64,000 nt of DNA. Origin: Nitrosopumilus sp. (lineage in GTDB: Archaea; Thermoproteota; Nitrososphaeria; Nitrososphaerales; Nitrosopumilaceae). The notes beneath the pieces were generated by a model that saw only the letters and a list, made by a program, of their open reading frames with translations, had not been told where the DNA came from and did no database searches. The DNA lies in the NCBI GenBank assembly GCA_028351415.1, contig JAOMJV010000001.1, positions 40,898 through 104,897 on the forward strand, written 5' to 3'. Numbering within the stretch: the stretch's first letter is position 1; every line of letters begins with the position of its first letter. The position numbers and the translations under genes were made by a program. Positions 1-8,130 of this stretch are shown in pieces.

Positions 1-5
1 TGAAA

Positions 6-800
6 TTGACTGGTAAACTCTACATTGTTGGTGTTGGCCCTGGACACCATGATCATATGACGTTTAGAGCTAAAGAAGTAATCACAGAAAGTGATACAAT
101 TGTCGGCTATGAAACATATGTAAATTTAGTTCAAGATCTGATTGGAGGCAAAACTATTCATCGTTATGCCATGACGCAAGAAGTTGAAAGGGCTCATCAG
201 TGTATTGACCTTGCAAAATCTGGAAAAATTGTTTCACTGGTGTCTAGTGGAGATCCTGGAATTTACGGAATGGCTGGATTAATTTATGAAACACTTGCTG
301 CCACAGGTTGGGATCCTTCTGATGGTTTGAAAGTAGAGATTATTCCTGGCGTATCTGCTCTAAATTCTTGTGCATCAATAGTTGGTTCACCTTTGATGAC
401 GGATTTTGCTGTTGTTAGTATGAGTGATCTAATGGTACCGTGGGAAATAATTCAGAAACGTGTGGAGTCAGCTGCACAAGGTGACTTTGTACTTGTAATT
501 TATAATCCTAAAAGTAAAAAAAGAATTCATCAGTTGCAGGATACGCAAAAAATTCTGCTTAAACATAGAAAACCTACAACACCTGTTGCGATAATTAAAA
601 GTGCTTATAGAGAATCTGAAACTATTGTTATGACTGATTTAGAAAATTTACTTAATTTTGATGAAGAATTAGGTATGACTAGTACTGTAATTATTGGTAA
701 TTCCTCAACATATACTTACAAAGATTTGATGATTAATCCAAGAGGATACAAATCAAAATATAATTTAGAAGAACAAACCAATCCAAATCTTAAAGTTTAG
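6..800 (+). CDS. cbiH: Precorrin-3B/cobalt-factor III C17-methyltransferase
   Basis: KLYIVGVGPG, VSSGDPGIYGMAG, IIPGVSA, DFVLVIYNP, NPRGY motifs of CbiH/CobJ. Confidence 0.93.
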   Translation: MTGKLYIVGVGPGHHDHMTFRAKEVITESDTIVGYETYVNLVQDLIGGKTIHRYAMTQEVERAHQCIDLAKSGKIVSLVSSGDPGIYGMAGLIYETLAATGWDPSDGLKVEIIPGVSALNSCASIVGSPLMTDFAVVSMSDLMVPWEIIQKRVESAAQGDFVLVIYNPKSKKRIHQLQDTQKILLKHRKPTTPVAIIKSAYRESETIVMTDLENLLNFDEELGMTSTVIIGNSSTYTYKDLMINPRGYKSKYNLEEQTNPNLKV

Positions 801-1846
801 AAACTTTTCTTTATTGCTTCAGATAATTCTTCACTAAGATTTAGTTTCTCTCTAATTGGAGATATAATTTCCACTAAATAATTTCCAACAGCCTGTTTCA
901 AATCTCCTGGATGCAATTTCTTTTCTTTAAAATCATTTTCTAATTCTTTGTAATTTGAATATGATAAATTGCCCCCAAATTTTTCTGGTCTCTCAATACT
1001 CATTTCGTTAAATTTAGTAAAAACTATTGTTTCGGAAATCGCTAGTATGGGGTTATTTTCTATAATTCCTTCATCACACCATGCTTTGTTAATTTTCTTT
1101 CTAATTTCATCATCCGTATTGTGGATAAATATGCCTGAATTTGGATCTGATTTACTCATTTTAGTAAATTCACCACCATATTGTGTATCTCCTTGTTTTT
1201 TTAATCCTGGAAGCAGCTTATGATGAACAGAAACTGGAACCTTCCATTTCATTTTAGGAAATATTTCTCTAACCAGCATGTGTATTTTTCTTTGATCCAT
1301 TCCAGCATGTGCTATATCTACATCCAAATAATGAATATCCACTGCTTGCATTGCAGGATAAAGTAATCTGGCAACATCAATTTTTTCATCACTTTCTGAA
1401 CGTCCCATAATTGTTAGCGTTCTCATAGTTCTTTTCAATGTCATGTGTTTTGTAAATTTTACAAGATCTGACCAGTACTCTGGATTTTTTTCATATAGCT
1501 CTGAACCTAAAACAATTTTTGCATCTGGACAAACTAATTTGAAAGCATCTTGATAGTATTTTGAAACTTTAGAAATCGTATCCCAGTCGCCACCTAGTTT
1601 GTCATTGATAACTGTGTGCCAGTCTGCAAGAAAAATTGTACAGTTTACCCCAGTTTTAATAAATTCATTAATTTTGAAACCTGTACTAATTAAACTGCCT
1701 AGATGTAGAAAACCTGAAATTTCTAAACCGATGTAATGATTTGGTGAAGACTTTGTATCAAATAATTCAATTAACTCTTCACGACTTACAATTTCATCTG
1801 TTGTCGGAGACAAATCAATCAAATCCACTTTTTCAATACTATTCAA
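797..1846 (-). CDS. tyrS: Tyrosyl-tRNA synthetase, archaeal type
   Basis: YIGLEISGFLHLG (HIGH-like), YPAMQAVD, GMDQRKIH, KMSKS. Start placed at TTG 1846 rather than the track GTG 1909. Confidence 0.93.
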   Translation of the reverse strand: MNSIEKVDLIDLSPTTDEIVSREELIELFDTKSSPNHYIGLEISGFLHLGSLISTGFKINEFIKTGVNCTIFLADWHTVINDKLGGDWDTISKVSKYYQDAFKLVCPDAKIVLGSELYEKNPEYWSDLVKFTKHMTLKRTMRTLTIMGRSESDEKIDVARLLYPAMQAVDIHYLDVDIAHAGMDQRKIHMLVREIFPKMKWKVPVSVHHKLLPGLKKQGDTQYGGEFTKMSKSDPNSGIFIHNTDDEIRKKINKAWCDEGIIENNPILAISETIVFTKFNEMSIERPEKFGGNLSYSNYKELENDFKEKKLHPGDLKQAVGNYLVEIISPIREKLNLSEELSEAIKKSF

Positions 1847-1904
1847 ATCAAAACAACTTTTAAAATCTAAACCTATAAAGATTTCAATCACCGTCTTAAA
1901 TAAC

Positions 1905-1915
1905 CTCACGACTAA
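1905..1915. repeat. 11-bp direct repeat CTCACGACTAA, left boundary of island
   Basis: Identical to 2997-3007; the 10-mer TCACGACTAA also occurs at 7520-7529. Confidence 0.75.
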
Positions 1916-1934
1916 TAATGCAATTAGATAACAG

Positions 1935-2315
1935 ATGAAGAAACCAAATACAGTATCTAATGAAACAGAAGCACTATCTGATAATGTTCACCGTAACTCA
2001 CAATGGTTAGTTAGTGCAAACAAACGTGCAAAGAAACAGCTATCTCCAAAGATGTATCAGCTTTACTGTGATTCTATGTGATGAATCTTTTGACACCATG
2101 TACTATTGTAAAAAAAGAACTTGCCCTAAGATCTCATCTAGATGAGTTTTAAGATGAGTGTTCGTTATATACCAAAATTGACTTAAGATAATTACAAGAA
2201 CAAGTCTCTCATCTACAAACAATCGTTTGGGATCTTAAGACGAACACTGTCACCAGCAAAGGAATACTTTCTGGTCTTAAGTGGCATGGGCTCTCATTGT
2301 ATACCTGCGTGGTAA
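1935..2315 (+). pseudogene. Fragmented IS91-type transposase/rolling-circle Rep N-terminus (Zn-binding domain)
   Basis: ATG1935 reads MKKPNT...MYQLYCDS. Skipping one base at ~2076 continues CDESFDTMYYCKKRTCPK (CxxC-x9-CKxRxCP). A later frame at 2193-2315 reads YKNKSLIYKQSFGILRRTLSPAKEYFLVLSG. Confidence 0.55.
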
Positions 2316-2365
2316 TGATCTTAAGTCCAGAAACTTCTTTTTTTTATTTTTATTTTAAAAAAAGA

Positions 2366-2426
2366 CACTCCGCCCTAACAATACGTAACGTAAACTAGAA
2401 GGTCTTTTTTAAAATCAGAATAATTT
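2366..2426. repeat. 61-bp direct repeat, copy 1
   Basis: cactccgccctaacaatacgtaacgtaaactagaaggtcttttttaaaatcagaataattt; 55/61 identical to 2901-2961. Confidence 0.95.
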
Positions 2427-2432
2427 GCCAAT

Positions 2433-2843
2433 CTATTGTTTTTCTGCAAGTTCTTTCATTTCTTGAACTCCATTAATTAGAATTTGAGGAAGTTTAGTTT
2501 CTAGTTCTCTGGCTTGTGTCGTTATTGGAATCCAATTCTGCTCATAAATCAGTGTCAATTTTCCGTCATACCCACCTACCTTGTTGAGAAAATGACCCGT
2601 AAACATAGAATTTTCAATCAGATCAAATCTTACTGTTTTATTTTGTTCATCAATGGTTATTCTTTCTTTAATGGTCATACCAAGTGCTTGCATTTGTCGT
2701 AAAATACCATCATCATATTTTTTTAAAACTTCTACACGAGTAACCTCTTTTATTGTTCTATCTGGATGTTGGACTTTGTCTAGCAATAAAGTCCATAATG
2801 TTTCAAATGTAGAATTTATCTGTTCACTGTGAGAAATCTTCAT
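2433..2843 (-). CDS. SRPBCC/START-fold protein (AtaL/DUF1857-like)
   Basis: LWTLLLDKVQHPDRTI...GILRQM...IKERITID...VRF pattern; 136 aa. Confidence 0.7.
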   Translation of the reverse strand: MKISHSEQINSTFETLWTLLLDKVQHPDRTIKEVTRVEVLKKYDDGILRQMQALGMTIKERITIDEQNKTVRFDLIENSMFTGHFLNKVGGYDGKLTLIYEQNWIPITTQARELETKLPQILINGVQEMKELAEKQ

Positions 2844-2900
2844 TTTAAAATATTATTTTTTCTTTCAGTAATTAACATTTCACGATAAATGTAAAAAACT

Positions 2901-2961
2901 CACTCCGCCCTAGCGATACGTAACGTAAACTAAAAGACCTTTTTTAAAACCAGAATAATTT
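2901..2961. repeat. 61-bp direct repeat, copy 2
   Basis: cactccgccctagcgatacgtaacgtaaactaaaagaccttttttaaaaccagaataattt. Confidence 0.95.
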
Positions 2962-2996
2962 TTGGGAATTAATTGTAAAAGTAATCTAATACGGAA

Positions 2997-3007
2997 CTCA
3001 CGACTAA
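2997..3007. repeat. 11-bp direct repeat CTCACGACTAA, right boundary of island
   Basis: Identical to 1905-1915. Confidence 0.75.
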
Positions 3008-3095
3008 GGTTATTGAACTAGTTTACCCAAATCCTATAAAGTTATTTAAAATAATTATTTAAAATCTTTGAATATAGCGTAATTTTATAATCTAT

Positions 3096-3287
3096 ATGAC
3101 CCTTGAGGAAGGCCTAGAACTAATCAGTAATTACAAAAAAGGATTAGAAAAATTTTTAGAAACATTACCTGAACAATCTGTTCAATTAGGCTCTGAAATG
3201 ATTCAAACTCTTACCTTAAATTCTAAAAATCAAATTAAAAATTTAGAAGCAATCGAGAAATCATTAAAAAGACCAGCAAAAAATTAA
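3096..3287 (+). CDS. Small helical hypothetical protein
   Basis: 63-aa ORF with ATG start, host-like codon usage and a T-rich tail after the stop. Confidence 0.75.
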   Translation: MTLEEGLELISNYKKGLEKFLETLPEQSVQLGSEMIQTLTLNSKNQIKNLEAIEKSLKRPAKN

Positions 3288-3303
3288 TTTTTTAAAATTA
3301 TTA

Positions 3304-3492
3304 TTATTTACAATTTTTCTTATGTTTTCTTAAGCCTTCTGCATAATCAAATTCAGCACCACATGCTCGACATTTGTCTTTTTTCTTATTATGAGCTTTT
3401 TCTTGATGTTTCTTTAGCCTTTCAGAATCTGGTAACGTGGTTCCACATTTTTTACATTTCAACTCATTTTGACTAGATCCAAATAACCCCAT
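3304..3492 (-). CDS. Small tandem C2H2-type zinc-finger protein
   Basis: CKKC-x12-HQEKAH and CRAC-x12-HKKNC. Confidence 0.85.
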   Translation of the reverse strand: MGLFGSSQNELKCKKCGTTLPDSERLKKHQEKAHNKKKDKCRACGAEFDYAEGLRKHKKNCK

Positions 3493-3576
3493 ACTATTCT
3501 ATGATTACAATAGTATAAAAAATAATTTTTGTTGCAATTTTTTCAAAATAATTTGAATAAATTACAGAAATATTGA

Positions 3577-4164
3577 TTATACTTCTTGATCATCTAATTT
3601 TTTTCTAGGTTTTACACTTAGATAAAATCCATGTGCAGTAATAATAAATGCTGCAAGGAAAATTTTTGTTGCAAAAATTAAATTCCATGGTCGATCAGGA
3701 TCTGGATAAGCTACTGATAGCATATCGATATCTGGAACCAATCCATCAATGACCCCTGCTGTAATTTGTGCATTCAAAACTGTAAAGTTGTACAATACTT
3801 CATAAAAAGAAATTATTGTAAATCCAAGTAACATTAATTGAAGTAAGGCCATTTTTGCTCCAACAATTTTATTTCCGGCAGTTCTTTTCCAACCAATTCT
3901 GGTAACACAATACCATCCAATTATTGTGGAAAAAAATATCCAAGTTGAAACTCGAGCAAAATTTTCAAAAGGAATAGTTGTATTGTGAATCACTTCACCC
4001 ATAACATATGTTCCATTTGCTAACCATTCTAACATTGTAGCATAAACACCAAAAATTAATGCTGAAACCATTATAGCTCCGCAAACATAGAAAATATACA
4101 AATACACTTTGTAACCCGCATCTGTTTTTTCTAAATATCTCGGTTCCATTCTATCATTTACCAA
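3577..4164 (-). CDS. Hypothetical membrane protein (~4 TM)
   Basis: Four hydrophobic segments in 195 aa. Confidence 0.8.
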   Translation of the reverse strand: MVNDRMEPRYLEKTDAGYKVYLYIFYVCGAIMVSALIFGVYATMLEWLANGTYVMGEVIHNTTIPFENFARVSTWIFFSTIIGWYCVTRIGWKRTAGNKIVGAKMALLQLMLLGFTIISFYEVLYNFTVLNAQITAGVIDGLVPDIDMLSVAYPDPDRPWNLIFATKIFLAAFIITAHGFYLSVKPRKKLDDQEV

Positions 4165-4231
4165 TTTTTGAAATATAAAAATTCATAGATATTAAATGAG
4201 ATTTATAGTGTAATTGTTATGAGGTTAATTA

Positions 4232-5314
4232 TTGAAAATACCGATAAACATTCCTTTTGTAGGTAGGGAAGAAATTTCAGTAGTTACTTCTATTCTTAAA
4301 AATGGTACCTTAACTTCTGCCTCCAATCAAGGCGGAAAACATGTTCAAGCTTTTGAAAAATCCGTTTCTTCATTTGTAAATGCAAAATATGTTGTAGCTG
4401 TAAATTCTGGTACTGCCGCGTTACAAGCAGCACTATATGCATTAGATATTAAAAATGGCGATGAGGTTCTAATTCCATCTTTTACTTTTGTTGCAACTGC
4501 AAATTCTGTAGTTTCTACTGGTGCAAAACCTATCTTTGTTGATATTTTAAAAGAAAATCATACAATGGATCCAAATGATCTTCAAAAAAAAATTACAAAA
4601 AATACCAAAGCAATAATTCCTGTACATCTTTATGGAAATGTAGCTTATTTGGATAAAATTTCTGAAATTGCTAAAAAATTTAACATTCCAATAATAGAAG
4701 ATTCAGCTCAATCGCTAGGTTCTACTTTTAAGGGAAAACATACAGGAACTTTCTTTGAAATGGGATGCTTTAGCATGTATCCTACAAAAGTAATGACTGC
4801 TGGAGAAGGTGGATTTATTGTTACAAACAATAAAAAATTTAGAGACAAATTATTAATGATTAGAAATCATGGAATGGTAAAAGGATATGATAGTAAAATA
4901 TTTGGACTTAATCTAAGATTACCTGAAATTAATGCAGCAATTGCAACAGTACAAATCAAAAAGTTACCAAACTTTTTAAAAACTAGACAAAAAAATGCAA
5001 AACTTTTATCAAAATTACTTTCAAAATCAAATCTTAATCTTCCACAAGAAAGAAAAAATGAAAAAATTAACTGGTGTTTGTATACAGTTACCACACCAAA
5101 ACGTAATATTCTTTTGAAAAAACTTAATGTAAAAGGAATAGGTGCAGCATCATACTATTCAACTCCCATACATAAAATACCATTTTACGAATCAAAAATA
5201 AGTTTACCCGTAACTGATTGGTCTGCTTCACATGTACTTTCTTTACCCATTCATCCTAAAGTAACTTCAAAAAATATTAAATTTATTGCAAAAGCAATTT
5301 CTGAAATACTTTGA
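4232..5314 (+). CDS. DegT/DnrJ/EryC1/StrS PLP aminotransferase
   Basis: VNSGTAAL, IIPVHLYG, IEDSAQSLG, FSMYPTKVMTAGEGG. Confidence 0.93.
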   Translation: MKIPINIPFVGREEISVVTSILKNGTLTSASNQGGKHVQAFEKSVSSFVNAKYVVAVNSGTAALQAALYALDIKNGDEVLIPSFTFVATANSVVSTGAKPIFVDILKENHTMDPNDLQKKITKNTKAIIPVHLYGNVAYLDKISEIAKKFNIPIIEDSAQSLGSTFKGKHTGTFFEMGCFSMYPTKVMTAGEGGFIVTNNKKFRDKLLMIRNHGMVKGYDSKIFGLNLRLPEINAAIATVQIKKLPNFLKTRQKNAKLLSKLLSKSNLNLPQERKNEKINWCLYTVTTPKRNILLKKLNVKGIGAASYYSTPIHKIPFYESKISLPVTDWSASHVLSLPIHPKVTSKNIKFIAKAISEIL

Positions 5315-5778
5315 ACAAGCTAGGCGAAACTATTGGTAAGATTTGTGAAATTTTTTTACCAATTCCTGAAGAATTCTATATTGGAAATCTTGATTCATCC
5401 GTTTGCATATGCACACTTTCTAGCATCAAATTACTAAAAGAAATTAAAAATTCTAAAATAATTGATAATGTTGCAATTGCTGGGAGATTATTTACTGAAA
5501 ATAAAGGAATTGATTCAATTATAAAACATGTAAATCAGAATAAAAAAATTAAAACAATAGTTGTGTGTGGAAAAGAAGTTTGGGGTCATAAATCCGGACA
5601 TTCATTATTTCAATTGCATAAATATGGTATTGATAATAATAAAAAAATAATTAATTCCACCAGCCCTGATCCTTTTCTAACAGTATCTGAATTAGAGATA
5701 AAATATTTTCAAAAAGAAATAACTCTTTTAAATTTAATTGGTGAAACAAATATTGAATCAATTATTGATAAAATTTAA
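5311..5778 (+). CDS. Stand-alone MtrA-like (tetrahydromethanopterin S-methyltransferase subunit A domain) protein
   Basis: VCICTLSS, AIAGRLFTENKGID, VVCGKEVWGHKSGHSL match MtrA; no C-terminal membrane anchor. Confidence 0.8.
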   Translation: MNKLGETIGKICEIFLPIPEEFYIGNLDSSVCICTLSSIKLLKEIKNSKIIDNVAIAGRLFTENKGIDSIIKHVNQNKKIKTIVVCGKEVWGHKSGHSLFQLHKYGIDNNKKIINSTSPDPFLTVSELEIKYFQKEITLLNLIGETNIESIIDKI

Positions 5779-5783
5779 TTAAA

Positions 5784-6128
5784 TTAGTAACCATTTTTCT
5801 GTCTTTCGTGATTAATTTGATTTTTTCTTTTGTATTCATCTAAAATATCATCAGGCGTTAATTTCAATTCAATTGATGCCTGAACAACAAAATGCCATAT
5901 GTCAATTAATTCTTCTTTAGCCTCATTTTGATCAAATTCAGTAGGTGTTTTCCACCATTTCCAGTTGGTTGTTCTTTGCAATTCTACAGCTTCATGCATA
6001 ATTGCAGTAGATAGTGCAGAAACTTTACCTTCGATATCATTTGGGTATCTGTCTGATTTAATTATTTCAGATAGATCTTTTTGGAGTTTAAAAATTTCAT
6101 CCAATCTATCTTTTGTTTTTTCTGACAA
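5784..6128 (-). CDS. All-alpha (dimeric) dUTPase/MazG-like NTP pyrophosphatase
   Basis: HEAVEL...WKWWK...KEELIDIWHF...YKRKNQINHERQKNGY. Confidence 0.85.
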   Translation of the reverse strand: MSEKTKDRLDEIFKLQKDLSEIIKSDRYPNDIEGKVSALSTAIMHEAVELQRTTNWKWWKTPTEFDQNEAKEELIDIWHFVVQASIELKLTPDDILDEYKRKNQINHERQKNGY

Positions 6129-6168
6129 GGTATGAATTGTTTTAAAAAATAATTTAACTTAAGTCTTT

Positions 6169-7062
6169 TTAGAATTTGATCATTTTTTCATATGATTTAA
6201 AACGTTTTTGAATATCTCCTTTTTTAATTTTTAGTAATCCATCTAAACCATATCTCTCAACTGCAAATGAACCAAGTACATTTCCATACACAACAGCTTT
6301 TTTAATATCTGATATTTTTACTGATTTTTTACTAGCAAGATATCCAATCATTGCCCCTGCAAATGAATCACCAGCACCAGTAGGATCTACAACTTTTTCT
6401 AATGAAAATCCTGCAGTAGGAAAAATTACATCATCAAAAAACATCAAAGAACCATGTTCGCCTTTTTTAATTATAATATATTTAGCACCCCACTGTTTCA
6501 TTTTTTTTGCACATTTGATTAAATTATGTTCTTTTGTTAGCAATCTAGCTTCCTCATCGTTGATTACAACTGCATCCACATTTTTTATCATTTTAATTAC
6601 TGCGTCTCTTTTTGTTGATATCCAAAAATCTATCGTATCACACATTGAAAATTTTACGTTATCAAATTCTTTAATTAGTTTAGTATTTTGTTCTGGATCA
6701 TTATTTGCAAGATAAACAAATTGTGATTTTTTATATTCTTCTGGTACTATTGGTTTGAAACTCTCAAGTACGTTTAACTCTGTTTTCAAAGTAGATCTTG
6801 TGCTTAGAGTGCTATCATATTTTCCATCATAACGGAATGTTTTACCTTTGTTTATTGCCAATCCTTGTAAATCTAGGTATTTTGATAAAACATTATGATT
6901 CTTTTTTGGAAAATCATCTCCAACTACAGCAATTAATCCTGTTTTAACAAAATTACTTGATGAAATAGCAGCATATGTTGCAGCCCCTCCTAAAACATTT
7001 TTTAGAGTTTTAGTTGGAGTTCTAATTGTATCTAAAGCTGTGGAACCAAAAACTGTAAGCAT
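6169..7062 (-). CDS. PfkB-family carbohydrate/nucleoside kinase
   Basis: LGGAATY, KKGEHGS, VDPTGAGDSFAG. Confidence 0.92.
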   Translation of the reverse strand: MLTVFGSTALDTIRTPTKTLKNVLGGAATYAAISSSNFVKTGLIAVVGDDFPKKNHNVLSKYLDLQGLAINKGKTFRYDGKYDSTLSTRSTLKTELNVLESFKPIVPEEYKKSQFVYLANNDPEQNTKLIKEFDNVKFSMCDTIDFWISTKRDAVIKMIKNVDAVVINDEEARLLTKEHNLIKCAKKMKQWGAKYIIIKKGEHGSLMFFDDVIFPTAGFSLEKVVDPTGAGDSFAGAMIGYLASKKSVKISDIKKAVVYGNVLGSFAVERYGLDGLLKIKKGDIQKRFKSYEKMIKF

Positions 7063-7073
7063 TTAAGAAAAAA

Positions 7074-7523
7074 CTAATTTTGTTGTATAAATTTCCTTGT
7101 TTGTTCATCTGTAGGATAATAGTCAAATGGAATTTGTATTGATGTACCCCATAAATCATATTTTATTATCGCTGAAATTTTTACAGATTTTAATTCATCC
7201 GATTTTTGATCTGCTGTAAAAGTACCCTTAACATGACTATTGTTAATTGGATACAATGTGAATGATTCTAAATTTCCTTTACCTACAATTTCATTATCAT
7301 AAAATATAAAAAATTCAGTTTCACCTACTGGCAATATTACTAATGATGGATTTTCAAATTCCAATTCTATTTTATAATTTAAATTTCCGTTATGCTCATT
7401 TATGATCGTATTTTCAGAAATATTCACTGATATTTCTGATACAGATTGATATTGTAAATATCCGAAAATACTTGCAAGTAATAAAAATAAAACAATAATA
7501 CTTTTTTTCTTTGATGATTTCAC
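7074..7523 (-). CDS. Membrane-anchored hypothetical protein (LEA_2-like beta fold)
   Basis: N-terminal TM helix; LEFENPS...VGKG pattern. Confidence 0.65.
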   Translation of the reverse strand: MKSSKKKSIIVLFLLLASIFGYLQYQSVSEISVNISENTIINEHNGNLNYKIELEFENPSLVILPVGETEFFIFYDNEIVGKGNLESFTLYPINNSHVKGTFTADQKSDELKSVKISAIIKYDLWGTSIQIPFDYYPTDEQTRKFIQQN

Positions 7524-7650
7524 GACTAATTGTCAAAATATTTTGTTTTAAACTAAAATTAAAAAAAAATTCTGATTACTTGTGTAAATTTTTTGATTTA
7601 ATCTTAAATCTCATTAGAGCTATCTCAATAAATCAAAATTAACCTAATGA

Positions 7651-8130
7651 TTGTCATTGGCACGAATTAAACTCAAACTAGGTGAAAATGAACTTGAAGT
7701 TGATTCCAGAGATTTCTATGTGGACAATCAAACCTTAGGTGAAATTATAGACAATATCTCTCAATATTTGCCAGAAAATCAAGCAAAAATTGTATACGAA
7801 TTAGATTCTACTTCTAAATCAAATTCAACAGAAGATGCTTTGGAATGTTTGGATGATGCAGAAACATTTGAACCTGAATTTAATGAACCAAGATATATCA
7901 ATAGTAGTGAAATTAAATCAAAACTAAAAATTTTAGAAAATAGTAAATTTTTTGATTCACCAAGAACTGCTAGTGAAACTGTTCAACAACTTCGAGAATA
8001 TGGATGGGCTACAGGCACATTAGATGTTTCAAAAGCTTTAGCAAAAATGAGTTTAGATAAAGAATTTACAAAGAGTTTATCTGAAAATAAAACTTGTTAT
8101 TCAATTGAACAATTACCTGTATCTAGTTAA
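7651..8130 (+). CDS. Hypothetical protein with C-terminal wHTH-like region
   Basis: RIKLKLGENELEV N-terminus; FFDSPRTASETVQQLREYGW. Confidence 0.7.
   Translation: MSLARIKLKLGENELEVDSRDFYVDNQTLGEIIDNISQYLPENQAKIVYELDSTSKSNSTEDALECLDDAETFEPEFNEPRYINSSEIKSKLKILENSKFFDSPRTASETVQQLREYGWATGTLDVSKALAKMSLDKEFTKSLSENKTCYSIEQLPVSS

Larger units (their letters stand above)
1905..3007. mobile_element. Putative degraded rolling-circle (HUH/IS91-like) element with a cargo gene
   Basis: Bounded by 11-bp direct repeats; contains a Zn-motif pseudogene, two 61-bp direct repeats and an AtaL-like gene; lies between tyrS and a run of small hypothetical genes. Confidence 0.5.

Noticed and set aside
1847-1909. 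N-terminal extension of TyrRS in the ORF track
   Set aside because: The GTG falls within the island boundary motif. TyrRS-like sequence begins near TTG 1846, with a TATA-like element upstream.
2366-2961. Classical integron attC sites or a CRISPR mini-array
   Set aside because: GCCCTAAC resembles an attC R'' box, but it is altered in copy 2, there is no matching GTTRRRY end or long hairpin, and no integrase in the window. Two 61-bp copies separated by a whole gene do not fit CRISPR geometry, and no cas genes are present.
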